Assembly (NCBI GenBank): GCA_031259755.1
Contig: JAIRKY010000072.1
Location: 1 to 56,622 of the forward strand
Source of the DNA: Mediterranea sp.
GTDB taxonomy: Bacteria > Bacteroidota > Bacteroidia > Bacteroidales > Bacteroidaceae
DNA: 56,622 nucleotides
Reading direction: 5' to 3'
Positions 30,615 to 41,582 of the stretch are shown here, one piece after another. Both the position numbers and the translations under genes were made by a program. Below the pieces are notes generated by a model that had not been told where the DNA came from, did no database searches, and saw only the letters and a program-made list of their open reading frames with translations. Each line of letters opens with the position of its first letter. The first letter of the stretch is position 1.

Positions 30615-30746
30615 GGGATTTGACAAAATGTCAATCCGCAAAAAAAGCCCATGAAAGCAAGAATACCGGACGGATCTCTAAAGATCGCCTGCAAATCGCA
30701 TTTCGTAAAAACAAAACGGTCGGCTATACCGGCATTTTGCGTCTTT
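30586..30746 (-). repeat. Right copy of the inverted duplication
   Basis: Partner of 30082-30192. It carries an extra 50 nt (30674-30723) bounded by GGACGG/GGTCGG microhomology. Confidence 0.9.
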
Positions 30747-30958
30747 ATGCTATATTGTAATATGAAATAGCGTAAAATCGCCGCTTATTTTTTGTATGTA
30801 TGCAGCAAAGTAATACATTAAGATCGTACGGAAAAGACGGGAAAACAGGAAAAGAACGGCTCAGGATCTTTTCTAAAGGAATGCGACAGGCCGTTCTTTG
30901 TTTTCAAAAACCCGTATAATTACAAAACGGGGCGTCTTTTTTGGCTTGAACGGTTCCC

Positions 30959-31097
30959 TGTTAAACACGCCAATTTCCTTGTTAAACAAAACCGGTGGCC
31001 GTGTTAAACACGATGGGGCTGCGTGTTAAACACGGACGGTTGGTGTGGTTAACAGGAAAGTTGAGTTGTTTAACAGGAAAATCGGTGGTGTTGCAGC
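30959..31097. repeat. Phased array of TGTTAAACA-like cores with variable 12-13 nt spacers
   Basis: Cores at 30959, 30980, 31002, 31024, 31046 (TGGTTAACA), 31067 (TGTTTAACA) and a degenerate one at 31089. Period is 21-22 bp. Confidence 0.85.
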
Positions 31098-31381
31098 GTA
31101 AACTTTGCAGTGACCCAAGTAACCTGAATTTGGTTGACTGTTTTTCGTTTTATCGCTGAATCCGGTTGGCCATTCAACCGCTATTCTGAGCCTTCTGTGG
31201 CATATGAAGCGTTTATTTGGCAAAAAGTCCTGATGCAGCCGGAAAGCTAAAAGGAATATTATTTAGCGTTTTATTGATCAATATGCTGTAATAATTCACC
31301 GTTCCTGATCATTATGATAAAACAAGACAGGTAATAACGGCGGATGAAGGATAACAGGAACAAAACACAGGTAAAGTAAGG

Positions 31382-31492
31382 ATGAAAAGGTTGACGATAC
31401 TGGCTATAGCGGCGACAGGGCTGATGCATGTTTCATGTACGGGCAACGCCGGCAACGGTTACGCGCGGATAACACTTTTGGTTCAGAAATGA
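31382..31492 (+). pseudogene. 36-aa lipoprotein N-terminal remnant, or a small lipoprotein
   Basis: MKRLTILAIAATGLMHVSCTGNAGNGY...: a basic-hydrophobic-Cys signal followed by an early stop. It resembles recalled N-termini of Bacteroides AhpC/TSA (DUF4369) lipoproteins. Confidence 0.5.
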
Positions 31493-31559
31493 AATAACCG
31501 GTAAAAAGAAAACGTGTTCTCTTACATCGGACTCACGCCAGTTAAAGAAGAGGATGAAA

Positions 31560-31781
31560 TCAAATCGCTTTCGTTGTTTCAAAATATAAGTATATAGCCA
31601 TACCTATCAGCGCTAATCCCAGAATGCCATAAAACAGGCGAGCCCAAGACCGGCCAACATTACGCACAATGAGCTGTGCATTCTGTGCCTTAAAGAACCA
31701 GTCCCAATTCAGCAAGGATGCCAACAAAGCAATAATACCTGTTACAATAAACAGCCCTTGTACGAAATAATGTGGTCCCAT
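31560..31781 (-). CDS. Imm17-family small membrane protein
   Basis: NWDWFF...GR..ARLFYG pattern with two TM helices; commonly found after tsaE in Bacteroides. Confidence 0.7.
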   Translation of the reverse strand: MGPHYFVQGLFIVTGIIALLASLLNWDWFFKAQNAQLIVRNVGRSWARLFYGILGLALIGMAIYLYFETTKAI

Positions 31782-31782
31782 T

Positions 31783-32232
31783 TTACAACTCGTTTATGGT
31801 TATCTCACGTGTACCATCTTCAAGTTCCACAATGCTTACTTTCACTGCATCACCCGGTAATATTTCTTCAATCCATTCGGGCCATTCGATAAAACAAAGG
31901 GCGCCACTATAGAAATAATCTTCATAACCCATATCGTACACCTCTTCCAGCTTCTTTATCCGGTAAAAATCAAAGTGATATATCCGTCTGCCGGTCTTAT
32001 CCGAACGATATTCATTGACGATGGCAAACGTGGGTGAATTGATGACATCCGTCACACCCAACTCTTCGCAGACTGCTTTAACAAAAGTTGTTTTACCAAC
32101 ACCCATCTTACCATATAGGGCAAAAATCGAACGCTCGCCAATAGCGTCAATAAACTGACGGGCAGACGCGGTAAGGCGCTGTTGCCATTCTTCCTCACGA
32201 ACAAATTCTTTATTTGGCAGTTCTATTTTCAT
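31783..32232 (-). CDS. tsaE: tRNA threonylcarbamoyladenosine biosynthesis ATPase
   Basis: Motifs G.MGVGKTT, SPTF.IVNEY, YHFDFYR and FIEW. Start set at MKIEL. Confidence 0.95.
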   Translation of the reverse strand: MKIELPNKEFVREEEWQQRLTASARQFIDAIGERSIFALYGKMGVGKTTFVKAVCEELGVTDVINSPTFAIVNEYRSDKTGRRIYHFDFYRIKKLEEVYDMGYEDYFYSGALCFIEWPEWIEEILPGDAVKVSIVELEDGTREITINEL

Positions 32233-33058
32233 GTTGAAATGCAGATGTGGCAAAGCGCCGTTGCCATCTTCCTTGCAGTAGCTTACAAATGAGATAAATA
32301 ATAATGGAGAAAAATATAATGGAAGCCCCGGAAGGTACATTCAGGAAATAAGAAGTGAACAACCCACCCAAGCATTCCAAGAAACCGATGCCAATGGATA
32401 ACCAAATCATCTTTTTAAAATGATAAGTAAACAAGTTGGCCGTCATCTGGGGAATGGTTAACAAAGAAATAGCAAGTACAATGCCTACCATACGCAAACA
32501 GGACACGATGGTCAGCGCAATGAACATCATCAGCAGATATTCAAAAAGCGCTACGGGGATTCCCTGCGAACGGGCAAACTCACGGTCAAATGCCACATAG
32601 ATGACCGGATGGATGAATAAAGTGAAAAATAAGATTAGTAACACTGACAACCCTCCAAGCATCAACAGGTCGGTTTGAGCGATCGTTAGTATATTACCAA
32701 AAAGGAAAGCTGACAGATCGGGTGCGAAACCCGGAGAAAGGAACGTGAAGATAATGCCGATCGCCATACCTAATGTCCAGAATACGGCAATAGCCGAGTC
32801 TTCGCGCATATCGCTCCGCTTACTAAGCCACTCTACCCCGAAGGCCGACAGCACAGAAAATAGCGCCGCGGACAGGATGGGCGAAATCCCGGCAAACAAG
32901 CCGATCCCAATCCCCCCAAACGAAGCATGAGTGATTCCCCCGCTAATAAAAACCAACCGCCGGGTAACGATATAGGTACCGATTATGCCACAAGCAATGC
33001 TCGCCAAAAAGCTTCCCAGCAAAGCGTGTTGAAAGAACGTATATTGTAGGATATCCAT
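32210..33058 (-). CDS. Zn/Mn ABC transporter permease (ZnuB-like)
   Basis: Motifs [21 protein letters not shown] and VGIVL; multiple TM segments. Start set at MDILQY. Confidence 0.9.
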   Translation of the reverse strand: MDILQYTFFQHALLGSFLASIACGIIGTYIVTRRLVFISGGITHASFGGIGIGLFAGISPILSAALFSVLSAFGVEWLSKRSDMREDSAIAVFWTLGMAIGIIFTFLSPGFAPDLSAFLFGNILTIAQTDLLMLGGLSVLLILFFTLFIHPVIYVAFDREFARSQGIPVALFEYLLMMFIALTIVSCLRMVGIVLAISLLTIPQMTANLFTYHFKKMIWLSIGIGFLECLGGLFTSYFLNVPSGASIIFFSIIIYLICKLLQGRWQRRFATSAFQHENRTAK

Positions 33059-33062
33059 AAGC

Positions 33063-33494
33063 CTAACTTTTCCCAAAGGACTTTCGTCGTTCACCGATGA
33101 TGAGAAATACCTCATCTTTTATCTCGTCGGGCAGGCATATCCCCCGGATTTGCAGACTCCTTACCCAGCCCGCCACGTCAATATCCTGCATGGTGTAGAA
33201 TATGTCACGGAACTGATCGGTCTGTTCAGCAGTATATTCATCCGGTGATACACCGATGTAGTTATCCAGTTCTTCGTCATCATAGTATTCTATTTTCTTG
33301 CTTATAACAGTCAACAGCTTATCCTTCTCACATACTTGATGCCGGCCGCAACATTCCACATCCACTTCGGTCACCCCGGGAATGTGATCAAGTTCACCCC
33401 ATTCTATTTTCCGTTGCAGGTTCTTGTTCCGGATATAGCCCAGCATGAGAGCAATAAACGCCACAATAAACAATGCAATGACTAATACCCACAT
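33063..33494 (-). CDS. Conserved Bacteroidetes membrane-anchored hypothetical protein with a CCGxHxxC motif
   Basis: N-terminal TM helix; ECCGRHQVCEKD and YYDDEELD; operon position. Confidence 0.75.
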   Translation of the reverse strand: MWVLVIALFIVAFIALMLGYIRNKNLQRKIEWGELDHIPGVTEVDVECCGRHQVCEKDKLLTVISKKIEYYDDEELDNYIGVSPDEYTAEQTDQFRDIFYTMQDIDVAGWVRSLQIRGICLPDEIKDEVFLIIGERRKSFGKS

Positions 33495-33504
33495 AATTGA
33501 AACG

Positions 33505-34530
33505 TTAATTCCAGTTGAGAATCACTTTTCCACATTCTCCTCCGTCCATAACTTCGAATCCTTTCTGAAATTCGTCCATGGAGAAGCAGTGTGTTACGAT
33601 CGGTGAAAGATTGATTCCGGAGATCAGCATTTGTTCCATCTGATACCAAGTTTCCCACATTTCACGGCCATATATACCTTTCAGGGTCAAGGCTTTAAAG
33701 ATCACTTTATCCCAGTCGATCGTTGTTCCGGCAGGTTGTATGCCCAATAAGGAAATTCGTGAACCATTGTACATGCTGTCCAGCATCTCGTTGAATGCTT
33801 TTGGAGAACCGGACATCTCTAAACCAACGTCGAACCCGCTCATTTTAAGTTGCTGCATAGCTTGGGTCACTGTTTCCCCTTTCGTTGGGTTTACAGTTAG
33901 CGTTGCTCCCATCTTTTTAGCGATGCTCAAACGGTAATCGCTCAAATCGCTCACTACAATATAGCGTGCACCAGCAAAGCGACAAATGGCAGTAGCCATC
34001 GAACCGATCAATCCGGCACCGGTAATCAATACGTCTTCGCCAATAACGGGGAATGAGAGCGCAGTATGGGTGGCGTTGCCGAAGGGATCCATTATAGCAG
34101 CCATCTCGTCGGGAATCCGAGGATCGAGCCGCACTACATTCTCGGCGGGCAGTGAAAGATATTCAGCAAAAGCGCCATCACGATTCACTCCTACCCCAAT
34201 GATATTCTCGCAAACATGTTTCTTTCCACGGCGGCAGTTGCGGCAATGTCCACAGGCAATATGCCCTTCGCCCGTTACACGGTCGCCTATTTTGATGTTT
34301 TGAACCCCTTTTCCTTTCTCAACCACTTCACCCACATACTCATGCCCGATGACCATAGGTGTTTTAATGGTACGCTGCGACCAGTCGTCCCAACGATAGA
34401 TGTGCAAGTCCGTACCACAAATAGCGGTCTTCTTTATCTTAATCAATACATCATTGACTCCAACATGGGGCGTCGGAACATCTTCCATCCAAAGCCCTCT
34501 TTCGGGGCGAAGTTTCACTAATGCTTTCAT
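33505..34530 (-). CDS. tdh: L-threonine 3-dehydrogenase (Zn-dependent MDR type)
   Basis: Motifs [41 protein letters not shown] and GKVIL.W. Confidence 0.93.
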   Translation of the reverse strand: MKALVKLRPERGLWMEDVPTPHVGVNDVLIKIKKTAICGTDLHIYRWDDWSQRTIKTPMVIGHEYVGEVVEKGKGVQNIKIGDRVTGEGHIACGHCRNCRRGKKHVCENIIGVGVNRDGAFAEYLSLPAENVVRLDPRIPDEMAAIMDPFGNATHTALSFPVIGEDVLITGAGLIGSMATAICRFAGARYIVVSDLSDYRLSIAKKMGATLTVNPTKGETVTQAMQQLKMSGFDVGLEMSGSPKAFNEMLDSMYNGSRISLLGIQPAGTTIDWDKVIFKALTLKGIYGREMWETWYQMEQMLISGINLSPIVTHCFSMDEFQKGFEVMDGGECGKVILNWN

Positions 34531-34568
34531 ATTGATAGCGTTTTAACCATATATTATTTGAAAATAAA

Positions 34569-34576
34569 CAAAGTTA
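34569..34576 (-). promoter_or_regulatory. -7 element (TAACTTTG) upstream of tdh
   Basis: Exact TAnnTTTG match about 40 nt upstream of the start. Confidence 0.55.
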
Positions 34577-34603
34577 TATCTTTTCCGGATAAGGTAAACG
34601 AAG

Positions 34604-35836
34604 TTAATCAACAATTTGCAAGCGAACCCCAACTTTTTTCAAATCGTCCCAATAGTTAGGATAAGACTTGGTTACGACTTGCGGTTCGACAATCATTAAT
34701 TGAGGATAGCAAATTGCTGCCGGAGCAAAAGCCATTGCCATACGGTGGTCTTTATATGTTTCAATAACAGGTGATTCCTGTGGTTGGATACGCTCTCCAT
34801 CCCAGATCAGTTCCGAATCGTTTTCTTCACGAACAACATAACCCAGCTTCGACATTTCGGCAATAAGAGCGGCGATACGGTCGGTCTCTTTGATCTTCAG
34901 GGTTTGCAGTCCGGTGAAATGGAAAGGTATATCAAGCAAGGCGCAGGTTACCACAAAGGTCTGAGCCAGATCGGGAATATCCACAAAGTCTTCTTCCAAG
35001 CGCTCTACGCAGTGACCTGTCTTTTTCAGCAACACACCTTGATCGGTAAAAGTGGTACTTACGCCCAAACGGGAAAAAACTTCCGCTCCACGGCTATCCC
35101 CCTGATAACTGTTCTTAAACAGCCCAAGAAGTTCGACTTCGCCCGATTGAGAAAGAACCACTATTTGGTACCAATAGGAAGCGGCGCTCCAATCGCTTTC
35201 TACAGTAAACGGTACACTTTGATAAGATTGATGTTCGATGATCAGACTATTTTCAGAATCCCAAACGGCTTGCACACCAAATGCTGCCATCAATTGCAGG
35301 GTCAGGTTGATATAGGGACGGGATATGACTTCGCCGATAAGGAACAACCGAAGCCCATGCTGCAAGGTAGGCGCAATCATCAATAAAGCTGAGATATATT
35401 GCGAACTGATATCGCCTTTAAGGCGAATAGTTTGTCCGGTTAATGCCTTGCCCGTAATGCGCAATGGCGGATAACCATCATTCTCTACATATTCGATCTC
35501 AGCACCCAGCTCACGTAAAGCGTCTACTAATATCCGGATAGGACGTTGCCGCATGCGCTCAGTCCCAGTGATGATATGTGTACCGGATGTTACACTCAAG
35601 TAGGCTGTAAGAAAGCGCATAGCTGTTCCGGCAGCCATGATATCGATAACGCCCACTCTCTCGTGGTTCAGCGCCTTAACCATTACACGGGTATCATCAC
35701 AGTCCGAAAGGTTATCGGGAGTGAGTTTACCATCGGCCAATGCATTGATTATCAATGTACGGTTACTTATACTCTTGGATAAGGGCAACTGAATGGCGGA
35801 ATGTATTCGGGAAGGAAAGGTTAATTTGTAACGCAT
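34604..35836 (-). CDS. aroA: 3-phosphoshikimate 1-carboxyvinyltransferase
   Basis: Motifs SKSISNR, AGTAMRF, SSQYISALL, KETDR, DHRMAM and KSYP. Confidence 0.96.
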   Translation of the reverse strand: MRYKLTFPSRIHSAIQLPLSKSISNRTLIINALADGKLTPDNLSDCDDTRVMVKALNHERVGVIDIMAAGTAMRFLTAYLSVTSGTHIITGTERMRQRPIRILVDALRELGAEIEYVENDGYPPLRITGKALTGQTIRLKGDISSQYISALLMIAPTLQHGLRLFLIGEVISRPYINLTLQLMAAFGVQAVWDSENSLIIEHQSYQSVPFTVESDWSAASYWYQIVVLSQSGEVELLGLFKNSYQGDSRGAEVFSRLGVSTTFTDQGVLLKKTGHCVERLEEDFVDIPDLAQTFVVTCALLDIPFHFTGLQTLKIKETDRIAALIAEMSKLGYVVREENDSELIWDGERIQPQESPVIETYKDHRMAMAFAPAAICYPQLMIVEPQVVTKSYPNYWDDLKKVGVRLQIVD

Positions 35837-35869
35837 CGCTTAAATCTTATCTTTAAAATGAAATGCGTA

Positions 35870-35877
35870 CAAAGATA
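35870..35877 (-). promoter_or_regulatory. -7 element (TATCTTTG) upstream of aroA
   Basis: Exact TAnnTTTG match. Confidence 0.55.
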
Positions 35878-35989
35878 CATGATCTTCTTTTAATCTTAGA
35901 CAGACAAATAAAAATAAAAATGAAGACAGAAGAACATATTTCTTAATGGTAGGTCTATTTTTATAGTTCATATTGGGTGAATCCCCAAA

Positions 35990-36015
35990 GGGCTATCCAA
36001 CTTTTTGGACAGCCC
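35990..36015 (-). terminator. Hairpin downstream of rplQ, the likely end of the ribosomal operon
   Basis: 11-bp stem GGGCTGTCCAA/TTGGATAGCCC with one G-U pair; short U tract. Confidence 0.5.
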
Positions 36016-36041
36016 CCTCTGACTTTATAAGAATATTGATG

Positions 36042-36527
36042 CTATTCTGCTGATTCTGCTTCTTCGGCAATAGGAACTTCAGTAGCAAGCGTTGCAACAG
36101 CATCTGCGCTTTTCTTGGAACGACGAGTACGAGAAGCTTTCTTAGCCGTCTGCTCTTTCAACATGTTCGCATTATAATCCACAAGCTCAATAAAGCACAT
36201 TTTAGCGTTGTCACCTAAACGATTACCCGTCTTAATGATACGAGTGTAACCACCTGGACGATCTCCGATCTTAACTGAAATCTCTTTAAATAACTCTGTG
36301 ACCGCGAACTTATCTTGCAAGTTGCTAAATACAACACGACGTGAATTTGTTGTATCGTCTTTTGATTTTGTTATCAAAGGCTCAACAAACTTTTTCAAGG
36401 CTTTAGCCTTTGCAACAGTCGTAGTGATTCTTTTGTACTTGATCAAAGAACATGCCATATTGGACAACATCGCGTTTCTATGAGAAGCAGTACGACCTAA
36501 ATGATTGAACTTTTTATTATGTCTCAT
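36042..36527 (-). CDS. rplQ: 50S ribosomal protein L17
   Basis: [13 protein letters not shown]...RPGGYTRI. Confidence 0.98.
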   Translation of the reverse strand: MRHNKKFNHLGRTASHRNAMLSNMACSLIKYKRITTTVAKAKALKKFVEPLITKSKDDTTNSRRVVFSNLQDKFAVTELFKEISVKIGDRPGGYTRIIKTGNRLGDNAKMCFIELVDYNANMLKEQTAKKASRTRRSKKSADAVATLATEVPIAEEAESAE

Positions 36528-36529
36528 TT

Positions 36530-37522
36530 TTATTCCTTATCTAATTTATATTTACTAATATCAGTTCCAAACGATAGATTCAGATCATCCAGCAAATCAT
36601 CAAGCTCGGTTAGTGATTTCTTACCGAAGTTTCTGAATTTCAGCAGATCCGTTTTATTGAACTGCACCAAATCTCCCAGAGTCTCTACATCAGCGGCTTT
36701 TAAGCAGTTAAGAGCACGAACCGACAAGTCCATATCGACAAGCTTGGTTTTCAACAACTGACGCATGTGAAGAACTTCTTCATCAAACTCTTCATTCCCA
36801 TCAATATCTGAAGTCTCAAGAGTGATCTTTTCATCAGAGAACAACATAAAATGGTAAATCAGGATCTTTGCAGCTTCTTTCAGCGCTTCCTTCGGGTGTA
36901 TGGAACCATCCGTAGCAATCTCAAGTACCAACCTTTCGTAGTCAGTCTTCTGTTCTACACGGAAGTTTTCTACTAAATACTTCACATTACGTATCGGAGT
37001 ATAAATTGAATCAATAGGAATTACATTAACATCGGTACAATACTCACGATTTTCTTCAGCAGGGACATATCCACGACCTTTGTTAATTGTAATATCAATC
37101 TGCATAGTTGCTTTTGAATCTAAATGACAAATAACCAATCTAGGATTTAACACTTCAAATCCAGTCAAATACTTACCTATGTCACCTGCTTTAAATTCAC
37201 TCGAATTTTCGATCGTAATACTTATTTTCTCACTTTCAAATTCTTCAACTACTTGTTTGAATCTTACTTGCTTAAGATTCAAAATAATGTTGGTTACATC
37301 TTCTCTTACTCCCGGTATACTAGAGAACTCATGCTCCACACCCTCTATACGAATAGTGGTGATAGCAAAACCCTCTAATGAAGAAAGAAGAATACGGCGT
37401 AAGGCATTACCTACGGTGATACCAAAACCGGGCTCTAACGGACGAAATTCAAATTTACCGAATTTAGAATCCGCTTCCAACATTAATACTTTATCAGGTT
37501 TTTGAAATGCTAATATCGCCAT
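36530..37522 (-). CDS. rpoA: RNA polymerase alpha subunit
   Basis: [22 protein letters not shown]; LSVRALNCL; NFGKKSL. Confidence 0.99.
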   Translation of the reverse strand: MAILAFQKPDKVLMLEADSKFGKFEFRPLEPGFGITVGNALRRILLSSLEGFAITTIRIEGVEHEFSSIPGVREDVTNIILNLKQVRFKQVVEEFESEKISITIENSSEFKAGDIGKYLTGFEVLNPRLVICHLDSKATMQIDITINKGRGYVPAEENREYCTDVNVIPIDSIYTPIRNVKYLVENFRVEQKTDYERLVLEIATDGSIHPKEALKEAAKILIYHFMLFSDEKITLETSDIDGNEEFDEEVLHMRQLLKTKLVDMDLSVRALNCLKAADVETLGDLVQFNKTDLLKFRNFGKKSLTELDDLLDDLNLSFGTDISKYKLDKE

Positions 37523-37533
37523 GAAATTAATTA

Positions 37534-38139
37534 TTATTTAGAATACAATTCTACGATCAAATGTTCTTTAATGTTTTCAGGAATGTCTGCTCTTTCAGGA
37601 ACATGCAACATCTTTCCTACTTTAAAACTTTCATCCCACTCAAACCAAGCATACTTGCTGTGGTTAAAACCGGCAAGCGAGTTAGCAATAACCTCCAATG
37701 ATTTAGATTTTTCACGAACTCCGATCAACTGTCCTGGTTTTACTGCATATGAAGGGATGTTAACAACAGCGCCATCTACAGTAATATGTCTATGACCTAC
37801 CAACTGACGAGCAGCAGCACGAGTTGGAGCAATACCCAAACGGAATACTACGTTATCCAAACGACCTTCAAGCATTTGAAGAAGGATCTCGCCTGTAATA
37901 CCTTTCTTGGTAGCAGCCTTGTCAAACAAGTTACGGAATTGTTTTTCTAAAACGCCATAAGTATATTTAGCTTTCTGTTTCTCACGAAGCTGAATACCAT
38001 ATTCTGAGGTTTTTCTTTTTCTTGAATTACCGTGTTGTCCAGGAGGATAGTTTTTCTTAGAAAGAACTTTATCAGCTCCAAAAATACCTTCACCGAACTT
38101 ACGGGCAATTTTTGATTTTGGTCCAGTATATCTAGCCAT
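37534..38139 (-). CDS. rpsD: 30S ribosomal protein S4
   Basis: MARYTGP; QLREKQK; [10 protein letters not shown]. Confidence 0.99.
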   Translation of the reverse strand: MARYTGPKSKIARKFGEGIFGADKVLSKKNYPPGQHGNSRKRKTSEYGIQLREKQKAKYTYGVLEKQFRNLFDKAATKKGITGEILLQMLEGRLDNVVFRLGIAPTRAAARQLVGHRHITVDGAVVNIPSYAVKPGQLIGVREKSKSLEVIANSLAGFNHSKYAWFEWDESFKVGKMLHVPERADIPENIKEHLIVELYSK

Positions 38140-38251
38140 TTCTTTTAAATTTTAATTGTTTATTCATGAACTCAATTTGTACAGCCGCGATCACAGAGAA
38201 GAATTTAATGCAATCCAAACAGAATCAAGTATCATTTATTAAAGGTAATTT
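38140..38251 (-). promoter_or_regulatory. Possible S4 ribosomal-protein leader RNA in the rpsK-rpsD gap
   Basis: A 112-nt spacer, unusually long for this tight operon. An S4 leader motif has been described for Bacteroidia; the structure was not verified here. Confidence 0.4.
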
Positions 38252-38641
38252 TTAAACTCTACGTCTTTTTGGAGGACGGCAACCATTGTGTGGAAGTGGA
38301 GTTACGTCAATGATTTCAGTAACTTCAATACCAGCACCATGTATAGTTCTAATAGCAGATTCACGTCCGTTACCAGGCCCTTTAACATAAGCTTTTACCT
38401 TTCTTAGGCCAAGATCGTATGCTATTTTAGCACAATCCTGAGCAGCCATCTGAGCTGCATAAGGAGTGTTCTTCTTAGAACCTCTAAATCCCATTTTACC
38501 AGCAGATGACCATGAAATAATCTGCCCTTCACTATTCGCCAGAGAAACAATAATATTGTTGAAAGATGAATGAACATGCAACTGTCCATTAGCATCTACC
38601 TTAACATTTCTCTTTTTAGTTGCGACTGTCTTTTTTGCCAT
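38252..38641 (-). CDS. rpsK: 30S ribosomal protein S11
   Basis: SFNN; [12 protein letters not shown]; [13 protein letters not shown]. Confidence 0.99.
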   Translation of the reverse strand: MAKKTVATKKRNVKVDANGQLHVHSSFNNIIVSLANSEGQIISWSSAGKMGFRGSKKNTPYAAQMAAQDCAKIAYDLGLRKVKAYVKGPGNGRESAIRTIHGAGIEVTEIIDVTPLPHNGCRPPKRRRV

Positions 38642-38652
38642 ATCAACAATTA

Positions 38653-39033
38653 TTATTTAGTAGCTTTTTTCTTATTTGCAACTGTTTTCTTCCTTCCTTT
38701 ACGAGTGCGCGCATTATTCTTAGTACTTTGACCCCTTACCGGCAAACCAATACGATGACGTACACCACGGTAACAACCGATATCCATTAATCGCTTAATG
38801 TTCAACTGTACTTCTGAACGAAGATCACCTTCGACTTTGTAACCTTCACCAATAACCTCACGAATCTTTGCAGCTTGATCATCAGTCCAATCTTTCACTT
38901 TGATATCTTTATCAATCCCAGCTTTATCCAATATTTTAGCCGAGCTACTGCGTCCAATACCATATACATAGGTCAACGCTATCTCACCTCTCTTATTTTG
39001 AGGTAAATCTACACCAACTATTCTTATAGCCAT
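38653..39033 (-). CDS. rpsM: 30S ribosomal protein S13
   Basis: RIVGVDLP; [18 protein letters not shown]. Confidence 0.99.
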   Translation of the reverse strand: MAIRIVGVDLPQNKRGEIALTYVYGIGRSSSAKILDKAGIDKDIKVKDWTDDQAAKIREVIGEGYKVEGDLRSEVQLNIKRLMDIGCYRGVRHRIGLPVRGQSTKNNARTRKGRKKTVANKKKATK

Positions 39034-39066
39034 ATATTAATTTAGTTTTTTTGCAAAAATAACAAA

Positions 39067-39183
39067 TTATCCTTGACGTTGTTTATACTTAGGATTTTTC
39101 TTGTTAATTACATACAAGCGGCCATTACGTCTAACGATTTTACAATCCGCGGTACGCTTCTTTAATGATGCTCTTACTTTCAT
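39067..39183 (-). CDS. rpmJ: 50S ribosomal protein L36, zinc-ribbon-free form
   Basis: Translated by hand, not in the ORF track: [38 protein letters not shown]. Confidence 0.97.
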   Translation of the reverse strand: MKVRASLKKRTADCKIVRRNGRLYVINKKNPKYKQRQG

Positions 39184-39195
39184 ATCTTATTTTTT

Positions 39196-39414
39196 TTATT
39201 TATATCTAAATACGATTCTTCCTTTCGATAAATCATAAGGTGACATTTCAACTCTCACTTTATCACCCGGCAAGATCTTAATGTAATGCATTCTCATCTT
39301 ACCTGAGATATGTGCCGTAATCTCATGCCCGTTCTCTAATTCTACGCGAAACATTGCATTAGACAATGCTTCTACTATAACTCCGTCTTGTTCTATTGCA
39401 GATTGCTTTGCCAT
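39196..39414 (-). CDS. infA: Translation initiation factor IF-1
   Basis: [17 protein letters not shown]; [10 protein letters not shown]. Confidence 0.99.
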   Translation of the reverse strand: MAKQSAIEQDGVIVEALSNAMFRVELENGHEITAHISGKMRMHYIKILPGDKVRVEMSPYDLSKGRIVFRYK

Positions 39415-39419
39415 ATTAA

Positions 39420-40220
39420 TTATACTGATTTATCTCCTAAAACCGCTTCAATGAATTCAAATGATGACAGAATATCTGCTTTACCTGTATTAACAGCCAC
39501 GGTATGTTCAAAGTGAGCTGCAAACTTCCGATCTCTAGTTCTTACAGTCCAACCGTCTCTTTCCATAACAATCCGACGATCGCCCTGAGTTATCATCGGT
39601 TCAATAGCAATACACAGCCCTTTCTTTAGCAACATTCCGGTACCTCTCTTTCCATAATTAGGAACTTGCGGATCCTCATGCATATCTTTGCCAATACCAT
39701 GACCAACAAATTCACGCAAAATACCATAAGAATGAGATTTACAATGCTGCTGGATTGCATACCCGATATCACCCAGTCTCTTTCCTTGAATTGCGTTCTG
39801 AATCCCTAAGTATAACGCTTCTTTTGTAACTTTCAACAAATTCAAGACGTCTTCCTTTACCTCACCAACACAGAAGGTATAAGCAGAATCGCCGCAAAAT
39901 CCATTCATATATACTCCGCAGTCAATGGAAATAATGTCACCATCTTTTAGTACCACATCTTTACCAGGAATTCCATGAACAACCTGTTCATTAACAGAAG
40001 TACATAGAGAACAAGGGAAAGGGTCGCCATACTGATTCGGAAAACCCTTAAAAGTTGGAACAGCTCCATTATCTCTAATAAACTCTTCAGCAACTTTATC
40101 CAACTCACCTGTAGTAACTCCCGGTTTGATTAACTTAGCCACCTCGGCTAACGTTTTACCAACCAACAAATTACTCTGGCGAAGTAATTCTATCTCATCT
40201 TCTGTTTTAAGAAATATCAT
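39420..40220 (-). CDS. map: Methionine aminopeptidase type I
   Basis: [11 protein letters not shown]; GHGIG..MHEDP; AIEPM; AHFEHT. Confidence 0.98.
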   Translation of the reverse strand: MIFLKTEDEIELLRQSNLLVGKTLAEVAKLIKPGVTTGELDKVAEEFIRDNGAVPTFKGFPNQYGDPFPCSLCTSVNEQVVHGIPGKDVVLKDGDIISIDCGVYMNGFCGDSAYTFCVGEVKEDVLNLLKVTKEALYLGIQNAIQGKRLGDIGYAIQQHCKSHSYGILREFVGHGIGKDMHEDPQVPNYGKRGTGMLLKKGLCIAIEPMITQGDRRIVMERDGWTVRTRDRKFAAHFEHTVAVNTGKADILSSFEFIEAVLGDKSV

Positions 40221-40234
40221 TTCTTCTTCAAAAA

Positions 40235-41578
40235 TTAATATGCAGACACACTACCTGTACGCCCCTTAATACGACCTGATTTCAACAAACCGTCATAATG
40301 TCTCATCAATAAGTGACTTTCAATTTGTTGCAATGTATCAAGAACAACACCAACAAGAATTAACAGAGATGTACCGCCAAAGAATTGAGCAAATTCAGCT
40401 TGTACCCCAAATATACCGGCAAAAGCAGGCATAATTGCAACTAAAGCCAAGAAGAAAGAACCTGGAAGAGTAATACGAGACATAATCTCGTCAATATACT
40501 CTGCAGTCTTTTTACCAGGTTTAATTCCGGGAATAAAACCATTATTTCTCTTCATATCTTCAGCCATCTGAGTTGGATTTATTGTAATCGCAGTATAGAA
40601 GTATGTAAACAAAATAATCATCACTGCAAAAACAAAGTTGTACCAGAAACTTGTATGATCTGTAAATGCGCGAATAAATCCATTTGCATTTTCAGCACTT
40701 GAAAAACCGATAAATGTAATTGGAATAAACATAATAGCCTGAGCAAAAATGATAGGCATAACCCCTGCAGCATTCACTTTCAAGGGGATATATTGTCTAG
40801 CTCCACCATATTGTTTGTTCCCAACTATTTTTTTCGCATATTGCACAGGGATCTTTCTTGTTCCTTGCACTAGAAGGATTGCAGCCGCAATCACCAATAA
40901 CAAGAACACAATTTCAATTAGAAACATGATCAAGCCACCGGTTTTATCAGTCATACGAGAGATCAATTCTTGGAATAACGACTGAGGTAGACGAGCAATG
41001 ATACCCACCAAAATGATGAAAGAAATACCATTACCAATACCTTTATCAGTGATTCTTTCTCCAAGCCACAAGATAAACATACTACCGGCTGCCAGAATTA
41101 TGGTGGATATTACCATAAAAAAAGTCCAATCTAATGAAGCATTTAAAGCCGGTCCGGCTTGCATCTTCAAATTAATCAGATATGAAGGAGCTTGAACAAT
41201 AAGAATACCAATTGTCAGATAACGAGTATACTGATTAATTTTTCTTCTGCCACTTTCACCCTCGCGTTGCAATTTCTGAAAATAAGGAACTGCAATGGCT
41301 AATAACTGAATAAAAATTGATGCAGAGATGTAAGGCATAATACCTAATGCAAAAATAGACGCATTGGAAAATGCACCTCCGGAGAACATGTTTAATAAGG
41401 CCAAAAGGCCCTCACTTGTTTGTTGATGCAACTGTGACAATTTATTTGGGTCAATACCTGGCAGTACCACATACGAGCCAAAACGGTAAATTGCAACAAA
41501 CAATATGGTAATGAGGATCCGTTGTCTCAAATCCTCAATCTTCCATATATTCTTTAATGTTTCAATAGCTTTTCTCAT
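40235..41578 (-). CDS. secY: Preprotein translocase SecY
   Basis: SIFALGIMPYISASI; WLGERIT.KGIGNG; GGTSLLI. Confidence 0.99.
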   Translation of the reverse strand: MRKAIETLKNIWKIEDLRQRILITILFVAIYRFGSYVVLPGIDPNKLSQLHQQTSEGLLALLNMFSGGAFSNASIFALGIMPYISASIFIQLLAIAVPYFQKLQREGESGRRKINQYTRYLTIGILIVQAPSYLINLKMQAGPALNASLDWTFFMVISTIILAAGSMFILWLGERITDKGIGNGISFIILVGIIARLPQSLFQELISRMTDKTGGLIMFLIEIVFLLLVIAAAILLVQGTRKIPVQYAKKIVGNKQYGGARQYIPLKVNAAGVMPIIFAQAIMFIPITFIGFSSAENANGFIRAFTDHTSFWYNFVFAVMIILFTYFYTAITINPTQMAEDMKRNNGFIPGIKPGKKTAEYIDEIMSRITLPGSFFLALVAIMPAFAGIFGVQAEFAQFFGGTSLLILVGVVLDTLQQIESHLLMRHYDGLLKSGRIKGRTGSVSAY

Positions 41579-41582
41579 TGAA

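Noticed and set aside
30082-30746. DGR template/variable repeat pair
   Set aside because: Mismatches include both C/T and A/G in both directions rather than being adenine-specific. The copies are inverted and no reverse transcriptase is present.
31560-31781. Imm17 as evidence of a polymorphic toxin system
   Set aside because: There is no toxin nearby, and the gene is a usual neighbour of tsaE.
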